Part shown: positions 57,098 to 64,000 of the stretch, one piece after another
Numbering within the stretch: position 1 is the stretch's first letter
How the letters are laid out: every line of letters starts with the position of its first letter
Assembly (NCBI GenBank): GCA_012735275.1
Contig: JAAYHR010000026.1
Coordinates: 33,769-97,768, forward strand
Length of the DNA stretch: 64,000 nt
Direction: 5' to 3'
DNA from: Erysipelothrix sp.
GTDB taxonomy: Bacteria; Bacillota_I; Bacilli_A; Erysipelotrichales; Erysipelotrichaceae
Translations under genes and position numbers: made by a program
The notes under the pieces: generated by a model
Databases searched by the model: none
The model's input: the letters and a program-made list of their open reading frames with translations, nothing else
Told to the model about the DNA's origin: nothing

Positions 57098-58102
57098 ATG
57101 TTTAAAGATAAGATTTTATTAATTACTGGGGGAACAGGATCTTTTGGAAATGCCTTAATTAGAAGATTTGTTAAAGAAGATATAAAAGAAATAAGAATAT
57201 TATCACGTGATGAAAAGAAACAAGATGATATGCGTAAGAAATTTAATGATAGTCGCTTGAAGTTTTATATTGGTGATGTAAGAGATCGCTCTTCACTAAC
57301 TTCAGCAATGCGTGGAACAGATTATATCTTCCATGCCGCAGCATTAAAACAAGTACCATCGTGCGAATTCTTCCCAATCGAAGCTGTAAAAACAAACATC
57401 TTAGGAACTGATAATGTATTAGAAGAAGCAATTAATCATGGCGTTAAAAAAGTAGTTTGTTTATCAACTGATAAAGCTGCTTACCCAATTAATGCAATGG
57501 GAATCTCAAAAGCAATGATGGAAAAAACATTTATTGCTAAATCAAGAACTTCTGAAAATACAATTATTTGTGGAACTCGCTATGGAAATGTTATGGCTTC
57601 AAGAGGATCAGTAATTCCACTTTTCTTTGAACAAATTGCCAATAAACAAGCAATCACAATTACTAATCCAAACATGACAAGATTCTTAATGTCATTAGAT
57701 GAAGCAGTTGATTTAGTCCTATTTGCCTTTAAGAATGGTAATGCCGGTGATCTATTCGTTCAAAAATCACCAGCTTCAACAATTGCTGATCTATCACAAG
57801 CAATCTTAGAGTTAACTAACTCAGATGATAAACCAAAAATTATTGGTACACGTCATGGTGAAAAAGTCTATGAAACACTTCTAACTAAAGAAGAATATGC
57901 AAAAGCTGAAGACTTAGGTAATTACTTCAAAGTTCCAATGGACAATCGTGATTTAAACTATGATGCCTACTTTGATGAAGGTCAATCAATCGAAGAATAT
58001 AAAGAGTATAACTCGCACAATACTGATCAACTAACGGTTGAACAGATTAAAGAGAAATTAAAAGAACTATATGAATTAAAAGATGTTTTAGCAAATATTT
58101 AA
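57098..58102 (+). CDS. fnlA: UDP-GlcNAc 4,6-dehydratase/5-epimerase (FnlA/CapE/WbjB type)
   Basis: MFKDKILLITGGTGSFGNALIRRF is nearly identical to the Cap5E N-terminus as I recall it. 334 aa. Confidence 0.85.
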   Translation: MFKDKILLITGGTGSFGNALIRRFVKEDIKEIRILSRDEKKQDDMRKKFNDSRLKFYIGDVRDRSSLTSAMRGTDYIFHAAALKQVPSCEFFPIEAVKTNILGTDNVLEEAINHGVKKVVCLSTDKAAYPINAMGISKAMMEKTFIAKSRTSENTIICGTRYGNVMASRGSVIPLFFEQIANKQAITITNPNMTRFLMSLDEAVDLVLFAFKNGNAGDLFVQKSPASTIADLSQAILELTNSDDKPKIIGTRHGEKVYETLLTKEEYAKAEDLGNYFKVPMDNRDLNYDAYFDEGQSIEEYKEYNSHNTDQLTVEQIKEKLKELYELKDVLANI

Positions 58103-58111
58103 GGAGATAAA

Positions 58112-59230
58112 ATGAAAGTATTAATTACTGGATCAAAGGGCTTTGTCGGAAATAATCTAATCAAAACACTTCAATATGATAAATCAGTTGAAGTTTTTGA
58201 ATATTCTCGAGCAAATAGCTTATCTGATTTAAGTAGATATACTAAAGAATGTGATTTTGTCATCCACTTAGCTGGCGTTAATCGAACTGATAATCGCCAG
58301 GATTTTTATGATGTAAACAGCGATTTAACTAAAACATTAATTAGTAGTCTTGAAGCAAACAATAATTTTGTACCAATACTACTGACATCATCAATTCATT
58401 CCGATGCTGATAATGATTATGGAATGAGTAAAAAAGCCGGCGAAGAGCTCGTAATTGAATATTCTAAAGCGAATAATACGCCAGTATATATCTATAAACT
58501 TCCGAATTTATTTGGAAAATGGTCAAAACCATTTTATAACTCGGTAGTCGCAACTTGGTCATATCAAATTGCGAATAGCGAAGAGATTTCTATATCGGAT
58601 GAGAGTGTGCAAATTCAATTATTATATATTGATGATTTAATTGCTGAAATAATTTCAAAACTAAATTATCGGTCAGATCATACTGAATATTACTATGAAA
58701 TTAGTCCAACCTATTTAATATCATTAAAGAAATTAGCGGAAACATTAAAATCCTTTAAAGCTAATCGTAAGTCTTTATATATAGCTGATATGAGCAACGA
58801 TTTAGAGCGTAAACTCTATTCAACTTATCTTAGCTACTTACCAAATGATGATTTTAAATATGAGTTAGTGACACATAGTGATAGTCGTGGTTCATTTACG
58901 GAACTATTAAAATCAATTTCATTTGGTCAAGTATCAGTCAATATTGCTAAAGGGTTTGAAATTAAAGGTAATCATTGGCATCATTCAAAAAATGAGAAGT
59001 TTATTGTCGTTAAGGGTCAGGCTAAGATTAAATTTAGAAATGTCTTAGATGATCAAGTTATTGAGTATTTAGTATCAGATGAAAAATTTGAAGTTGTTGA
59101 TATTCCAACCGGATATGTCCATACAATTGAAAATCTATTAGCTGAAGATTTAATCACAATTATGTGGGTTAATGAACCATATGATGAGAATAAAAGTGAT
59201 ACATATGTAGAAAAGGTGGAGATATTATGA
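58112..59230 (+). CDS. fnlB: UDP-2-acetamido-2,6-dideoxy-hexose reductase/epimerase (FnlB/CapF/WbjC type; SDR plus cupin)
   Basis: 372 aa. N-terminal Rossmann MKVLITGSKGFVGNNL and a C-terminal cupin region (GNHWHH...VHTIEN). Confidence 0.8.
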   Translation: MKVLITGSKGFVGNNLIKTLQYDKSVEVFEYSRANSLSDLSRYTKECDFVIHLAGVNRTDNRQDFYDVNSDLTKTLISSLEANNNFVPILLTSSIHSDADNDYGMSKKAGEELVIEYSKANNTPVYIYKLPNLFGKWSKPFYNSVVATWSYQIANSEEISISDESVQIQLLYIDDLIAEIISKLNYRSDHTEYYYEISPTYLISLKKLAETLKSFKANRKSLYIADMSNDLERKLYSTYLSYLPNDDFKYELVTHSDSRGSFTELLKSISFGQVSVNIAKGFEIKGNHWHHSKNEKFIVVKGQAKIKFRNVLDDQVIEYLVSDEKFEVVDIPTGYVHTIENLLAEDLITIMWVNEPYDENKSDTYVEKVEIL

Positions 59231-59622
59231 GAAAAGTATTAACTTACGGAACATTTGATTTATTTCATAAAGGACATGTGAATATTTTACGTCGTGCGAA
59301 GGAACAAGGCGATTATTTAGTAGTTGCGATTTCAAGTGATGAGTTTAACGCTATTAAAGGTAAAAAAGCCTTCCATAGTTTTGAAGATCGTAAATTAATT
59401 GTCGAAGCAATCAGATATGTTGATGAAGTTATTCGTGAAGATGATTGGGATCAGAAAGTTTCTGACGTTAAAGAGCATAATATTGATGTCTTTGTTATGG
59501 GCGATGACTGGGAAGGTAAATTTGATCACTTAGAAGAGTTATGTGAAGTAGTTTACTTACCGCGTACGAAGGAAATTTCAACAACACAAATTAAAGAAGA
59601 ATTAAATTCTTCCAAGGCTTAA
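59227..59622 (+). CDS. tagD: glycerol-3-phosphate cytidylyltransferase
   Basis: VLTYGTFDLFHKGHVNILRRAK (HxGH motif) and RTKEISTT (RTxGISTT motif). 131 aa. ATGA overlap with fnlB. Confidence 0.9.
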   Translation: MRKVLTYGTFDLFHKGHVNILRRAKEQGDYLVVAISSDEFNAIKGKKAFHSFEDRKLIVEAIRYVDEVIREDDWDQKVSDVKEHNIDVFVMGDDWEGKFDHLEELCEVVYLPRTKEISTTQIKEELNSSKA

Positions 59623-59624
59623 TT

Positions 59625-60752
59625 ATGAAAAAACTAAAAGTAATGACTGTCGTTGGTACAAGACCTGAAATCATTCGTTTATCTTCAGTAATTAATACTT
59701 TAGAAGCTAGTGATGCTATTGAGCATATTTTAGTTCATACTGGTCAAAACTATGACTATGAACTAAATGAAGTTTTCTTTAAGGATTTGGACTTAGATAA
59801 ACCTGATTATTTCTTAAACGCTGCCCAAGCTGGTCCTGTTGGAACGATTGGAAATATTTTAATTAATATTGAACCAGTAATTAAAGAAGTTATGCCTGAT
59901 GCTTTCTTAGTCTTAGGTGATACTAATTCATGTCTTTGTGCAATTGCGGCAAAACGCTATAAGATACCAGTTTTCCATATGGAAGCCGGTAATCGCTGTT
60001 TTGACCAAAGAGTACCTGAAGAAGTTAATCGTCGTATTGTCGATCATATCGCTGATATGAACTTAACTTATTCTTCGATTGCCCGTGAATATTTAATTTC
60101 AGAGGGTTTACCAGCTGATCAAATTATTAAGACAGGTAGTCCAATGTTAGAGGTCTTAACTAAGAATTTAGATAAGATTCAAGCATCAGATGTCCTAAGT
60201 CGTTTAGAGTTAGAAAAAGGTAAGTATTTTGTTGTATCAGCGCACCGTGAAGAGAATATTAATAATCCAAAGAACTTTAGAAGATTAGTTGAATCTTTAA
60301 ATGCGGTCGCAGAGAAATATCAGTATCCGATTATTATGTCGACGCATCCACGTACTCGTAATATGCTGGAAGCTAGTGATTTAGTCTTAAATCCATTAAT
60401 TCAAACCTTAAAACCATTAGGCTTTAATGATTATAATGCGCTGCAAATTAATTCAAAAGCAACACTAAGTGATTCTGGAACAATCTCAGAAGAATCTTCA
60501 ATCTTGAAGTTTAATGCATTAAATCTTCGTGAGGCTCATGAGCGTCCAGAAGCAATGGAGGAAGCTGCGGTAATGATGGTAGGACTTAGTCAAGAAAGAA
60601 TCTTACAGGGCTTAGAAGTACTTGAAAACCAGGATGAGAAGACATTGAACTATGTTGCTGACTACTCTTATGCAAATGTCGGCGAAAAAGTCTTAAGAAT
60701 AATAATTTCATACACAGATTATATTAATCGAATTGTTTGGAAAGAATATTAA
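59625..60752 (+). CDS. fnlC: UDP-N-acetylglucosamine/UDP-L-PneNAc 2-epimerase, non-hydrolysing (FnlC/CapG/WbjD type)
   Basis: KVMTVVGTRPEIIRLS, HTGQNYD, HMEAGNR and SDSGTISEES are the WecB-fold motifs. 375 aa. Confidence 0.85.
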   Translation: MKKLKVMTVVGTRPEIIRLSSVINTLEASDAIEHILVHTGQNYDYELNEVFFKDLDLDKPDYFLNAAQAGPVGTIGNILINIEPVIKEVMPDAFLVLGDTNSCLCAIAAKRYKIPVFHMEAGNRCFDQRVPEEVNRRIVDHIADMNLTYSSIAREYLISEGLPADQIIKTGSPMLEVLTKNLDKIQASDVLSRLELEKGKYFVVSAHREENINNPKNFRRLVESLNAVAEKYQYPIIMSTHPRTRNMLEASDLVLNPLIQTLKPLGFNDYNALQINSKATLSDSGTISEESSILKFNALNLREAHERPEAMEEAAVMMVGLSQERILQGLEVLENQDEKTLNYVADYSYANVGEKVLRIIISYTDYINRIVWKEY

Positions 60753-60773
60753 GCTCAGATTGAGCTTTTTTTC
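60752..60773 (+). terminator. intrinsic terminator closing the murJ-fnl cluster
   Basis: AGCTCA-GAT-TGAGCT followed by TTTTTTT, immediately after the fnlC stop. Confidence 0.8.
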
Positions 60774-60830
60774 TTGTGGTAAATAAATGGCTAAGGTAAG
60801 ATGTACATATTAACAAAAGGAGGTAATTAA

Positions 60831-61130
60831 ATGTTTGAACTTATTATCGAGTTTTTTGGCGATATTGTTTTTAAGTTAGTATCACTAATTATCTACAATA
60901 AAAAGATTCCTTTTGCGATTAGGTTTATATTCGCAAGTGTTTTTAGTTTGTTTATGCTTATTGTTCAATTATTATTAATTGCAGGTGGAATTTTAATGTT
61001 AATGGACGGCGAAATGCTGGGAATATTCGTGGTGTTAATTGGAGTAATATTTTTTGTTGCAGTAGTTTATCGACTAATTATTGAAATTATTAAGTATCAA
61101 AATAAGCGTGAATCAGATAAGTTGGATTAA
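60831..61130 (+). CDS. hypothetical small membrane protein (3 predicted TM helices)
   Basis: 99-aa hydrophobic ORF with a GGAGG SD at 60819-60823. No family recognised. Confidence 0.5.
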   Translation: MFELIIEFFGDIVFKLVSLIIYNKKIPFAIRFIFASVFSLFMLIVQLLLIAGGILMLMDGEMLGIFVVLIGVIFFVAVVYRLIIEIIKYQNKRESDKLD

Positions 61131-61362
61131 CAACTGTCTGGTTCATTTTTTATAAATATATTCTGCTTTAATTTCACAAATTACTAATTTTTCTTAATTA
61201 TTGAAAAAGAGTGAAAAATTACCTGAAATTAGTCTAAAAGATGGTCAATTGTCGCACTATTATCGACTGAGTATGTTGTTAGTAATTCCTTATTGATTAA
61301 ACTTAATCAATATTGTAAAATGTTAGTCGTATAAAGCCATTTGCGCATTTTTCTTAAATGGC

Positions 61363-61390
61363 TTGACATAATAGTATACTTGTATATAAT
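61363..61390 (+). promoter_or_regulatory. sigma-A type promoter of the DUF1934-argS operon
   Basis: TTGACA (61363-61368), a 16-nt spacer, then TATAAT (61385-61390). Confidence 0.65.
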
Positions 61391-61424
61391 CAAGTAAGAA
61401 TTAATATATCTAAAGGTGGTATCT

Positions 61425-61805
61425 ATGAATAGCGAAATAAGACTAAAAGTCGTTCAAGAGGATCTTATGCAAAATACAAAAGAGACTATCTTCTTAGGTA
61501 AGGCGATTAAAAATATACGTGAACTTGAAACTACAATCACTTATAAAGAATTAGGCGGACATGATGTTCAGTTAATCATCTCTAAGGATAGTGGTTCTCT
61601 TTCAAGAAAACATCAAGAAGAAACAATGATAAACTTTGATATTAATCAAGTGGTTAGTGCTTATGTTAAAACACAAGCTGGCCTCTTATTAATGGAAGTA
61701 AAGACAGAAGATATAGTAGTAGAAAATGACCAATTATTAATTGCATATAAACTCTTACAAGAGCAGAATGTTATTGGTAGTTTTTTACTAAAGATGGAGT
61801 GGTAA
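61425..61805 (+). CDS. DUF1934 (YwiB-like) beta-barrel protein
   Basis: About 126 aa, directly upstream of argS as ywiB-type genes commonly are in Bacillota. ATG 61425 follows an AAAGGTGG SD. Confidence 0.6.
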   Translation: MNSEIRLKVVQEDLMQNTKETIFLGKAIKNIRELETTITYKELGGHDVQLIISKDSGSLSRKHQEETMINFDINQVVSAYVKTQAGLLLMEVKTEDIVVENDQLLIAYKLLQEQNVIGSFLLKMEW

Positions 61806-61806
61806 T

Positions 61807-63450
61807 ATGAACCAAATAGAAAAATTAGTAAAAGATAGTATCGTTAAAGCAATATTAGAAAAATTTGAATATGATGCAAGTGAAGATGTCCATTTAGAAA
61901 TTCCTAAGGATAATTCATTTGGTGATTACTCATCGAACCTAGCTATGCGTTTAACGAAAAAATTAGGTATGGCACCAAGAGCGATTGCTGAAGGGCTTAA
62001 ATCAGTTTTAGATTTAGAGATTGATTTATTTTCAGAAATTTCAATTGCTGGACCTGGTTTTATTAACTTTAGATTAAATCAAGATCATTACGGTAACGTT
62101 ATTAAATTGATCCTAGATGAAAAAGATGATTACGGAAGAAATAATTCTGGTAATGGTTTAAAAGTAAATGTCGAGTACGTATCAGCAAACCCAACTGGTG
62201 ATTTACACCCTGGTCATGCTCGTGGAGCTGCAATGGGAGACTCATTAACAAGAATTATGAGTTTTTCTGGCTATGATGTAACACGTGAGTTTTATTTAAA
62301 TGATGCTGGTGTTCAAATTGAAAATATGGCTAAATCACTACAAGCTAGATATTTAGAATTATTTGATATTGAAGTTGAATTTCCAGAAGATGGTTACCGT
62401 GGTGTTGATATTATTGATATCGCTAAAAAACTTAAATCAGAAGTTGCTGATAAATATGTTGATAGTGATCTTGATAAGTACTATGAAGAGTTTAGAGCTT
62501 ATGGCTTACATGAAGAAACTGAAAAACTTAAACGTGATTTAAAATTATTTAAAGTTGAATTTGATGTTTGGACAAAAGAGAGTGACATCTATGCAGCAAA
62601 TAAAGTCGAGATTGCTTTAGATAAAGTTAAAGCTTCTGGATTTACTTATCAAGAAGATGGCGCATTATGGCTTGAAACAACTAAATTTGGCGATGATAAA
62701 GATCGTGTTTTAGTTAAATCAGATGGTGATTATACTTATTTAACGCCTGATATTGCTTATCACCAAGATAAGTTTGATCGTGGCTTTGATATGTCAATCA
62801 ACTTATTTGGAGCTGATCATCATGGTTATATAAATCGTTTGAAATCAGCAATTCAAATATTAGGTTATAATAAGGACCAATTAGAAGTAGATATTACGCA
62901 AATGGCACTTATGTATAAAGATGGCGAAGAATTTAAAATGTCTAAGCGTACTGGCAAGTCAATTTCACTAAGAGAATTAATTGAGGAAACAGATGTAGAT
63001 GCATTAAGATACTTATATGTAGATCGTGCACCTGATTCACCAATGACCCTTGATTTAGATTTAGCTTTAAAGAAATCTAATGAGAACCCAGTTTATTATG
63101 CTCAATATGCACATGCTCGTATGTCATCAATCTTGACACAAGGGGCTAAGTATAAAACAGCTGATAAATATTCTTCACTAGTTAGTGAAAAAGAAATTGA
63201 ATTAATTAAACATTTAAATGAATTTTCAAATGTTGTAAGTGATTCAGCAAAAACAAGATTACCAAACAAAATTTCTAATTATATATCGAAACTAGCTACT
63301 CTATTCCATTCATTCTACGGTTCAAACAAAGTTTTAGATGAAGCGAACCCAGAACTGAGTGAAGAGAGATTAGCATTAGTATTAGCAAGTAAAACAGTTT
63401 TGAAAAACGCATTAAATTTAATTGGTGTTAGTGCACCAGAAAGTATGTAG
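61807..63450 (+). CDS. argS: arginine--tRNA ligase
   Basis: SANPTGDLHPGHARG (HIGH region), MSKRTGK (KMSK), and the C-terminal DALR anticodon-binding pattern. 547 aa. Confidence 0.95.
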   Translation: MNQIEKLVKDSIVKAILEKFEYDASEDVHLEIPKDNSFGDYSSNLAMRLTKKLGMAPRAIAEGLKSVLDLEIDLFSEISIAGPGFINFRLNQDHYGNVIKLILDEKDDYGRNNSGNGLKVNVEYVSANPTGDLHPGHARGAAMGDSLTRIMSFSGYDVTREFYLNDAGVQIENMAKSLQARYLELFDIEVEFPEDGYRGVDIIDIAKKLKSEVADKYVDSDLDKYYEEFRAYGLHEETEKLKRDLKLFKVEFDVWTKESDIYAANKVEIALDKVKASGFTYQEDGALWLETTKFGDDKDRVLVKSDGDYTYLTPDIAYHQDKFDRGFDMSINLFGADHHGYINRLKSAIQILGYNKDQLEVDITQMALMYKDGEEFKMSKRTGKSISLRELIEETDVDALRYLYVDRAPDSPMTLDLDLALKKSNENPVYYAQYAHARMSSILTQGAKYKTADKYSSLVSEKEIELIKHLNEFSNVVSDSAKTRLPNKISNYISKLATLFHSFYGSNKVLDEANPELSEERLALVLASKTVLKNALNLIGVSAPESM

Positions 63451-63463
63451 GAGGTATAAATAT

Positions 63464-63859
63464 ATGGCGAGTCCAATGGCGGAAGCTTCGTTAGTAGTAC
63501 TAGAAGAAGCAGGAAAAGAATTATCATTTCAAGAATTATTTAAGAAAGTTGTCGAACATTTAAGTTTAGATGAGGCAACAGCAACAAAAAGAATTGCAAA
63601 AATGTATTCGGAGTTAACTTTAGACAAAAGATTTATTTCATTACCTGAGAATACTTGGGATCTTCGCAAGCGTCATAAATTAGATGACATCCTTGTTGTA
63701 ACGGCAGATATTGATGAAGATATCTACGAGGAAGACGAAGAGGAAGAAGAGGAAATGGAAGAAATGATCGATTTAGATGGTTTCGACCAAGAAAAAGTAA
63801 AAGAATATGAAGAGGACGTTAAAGAATTGTCGAAAATGGCAATAATCGATGAAGACTAG
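63464..63859 (+). CDS. rpoE: DNA-directed RNA polymerase subunit delta
   Basis: HARE-HTH-like N-domain ([11 protein letters not shown]...[12 protein letters not shown]) and a poly-acidic C-terminal tail. ATG 63464 follows an AGGAGG SD. Confidence 0.85.
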   Translation: MASPMAEASLVVLEEAGKELSFQELFKKVVEHLSLDEATATKRIAKMYSELTLDKRFISLPENTWDLRKRHKLDDILVVTADIDEDIYEEDEEEEEEMEEMIDLDGFDQEKVKEYEEDVKELSKMAIIDED

Positions 63860-63872
63860 GAAGGTCGATAGT

Positions 63873-64000
63873 ATGAGTAAAGTAATTAAAATTGAAGGTG
63901 GACATAAACTCAATGGTAGTGTTAGAATCGATGGTTCTAAAAATGCGACAGTCGCATTAATACCAGCAGCTATTTTAGCAAATGAGATTGTAACAATTTA
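63873..64000 (+). CDS. murA: UDP-N-acetylglucosamine 1-carboxyvinyltransferase, N-terminal fragment running off the window edge
   Basis: [42 protein letters not shown] matches the MurA N-terminal pattern (G...L.G.V...G.KN...). Confidence 0.8.
   Translation, partial: MSKVIKIEGGHKLNGSVRIDGSKNATVALIPAAILANEIVTI

Noticed and set aside
63700-63859. GAAGA/GAGGA-rich repetitive DNA near the end of the window.
   Set aside because: It encodes the poly-Asp/Glu tail that is characteristic of the RNA polymerase delta subunit. It is not an independent repeat element.

Overview
An AT-rich window (roughly 30% GC by eye) covering the chromosomal replication origin of a cell-wall-bearing low-GC Bacillota genome. 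It uses the standard genetic code, since TGA is used as a stop (for example at the end of the GNAT gene). Gene content and local order are Bacillus-like. The minimal ~80-nt SRP RNA suggests an Erysipelotrichia or Mollicutes-related lineage; this is inference only.

The origin is bipartite. One DnaA-box cluster lies between dnaA and rpmH (43.9-44.3 kb). A second module sits in the dnaA-dnaN spacer (42.35-42.49 kb) and reads DnaA boxes, then GCCC, then (TAA)x4, then AT-rich DNA. Genes left of the origin are almost all on the minus strand: dnaA-dnaN-yaaA-recF-gyrB-gyrA, serS with a T-box leader, ffs, tadA-truB-ribF, dnaX-recR, nadK, and the rpsF-ssb-rpsR / yybS-gdpP-rplI-dnaB / yycJ-htrA-rlmH block. 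Every gene right of the origin is on the plus strand: rpmH-rnpA-yidC-jag, pth-mfd-spoVT-yabO-divIC, murJ, an L-FucNAc (fnlABC-type) glycan cluster with an embedded tagD, argS, rpoE and murA.

I found no rRNA, tRNA, CRISPR array, transposase, integrase or prophage genes.

The items most worth follow-up are:
- An orphan RelA/SpoT-fold (alarmone-synthetase-like) protein with a changed acceptor motif and a ~240-aa unknown C-terminal domain, inserted between ribF and dnaX.
- A PTS EIICB-like membrane protein whose EIIB phospho-cysteine is replaced by serine.
- A yybS-like gene split by one in-frame TAA.
- The origin architecture, including a three-fold AAGCCG repeat and phased degenerate DnaA boxes.
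- The murJ-coupled FucNAc/CDP-glycerol cluster.

All protein calls come from motif recognition by eye on the supplied translations. No database search was run.
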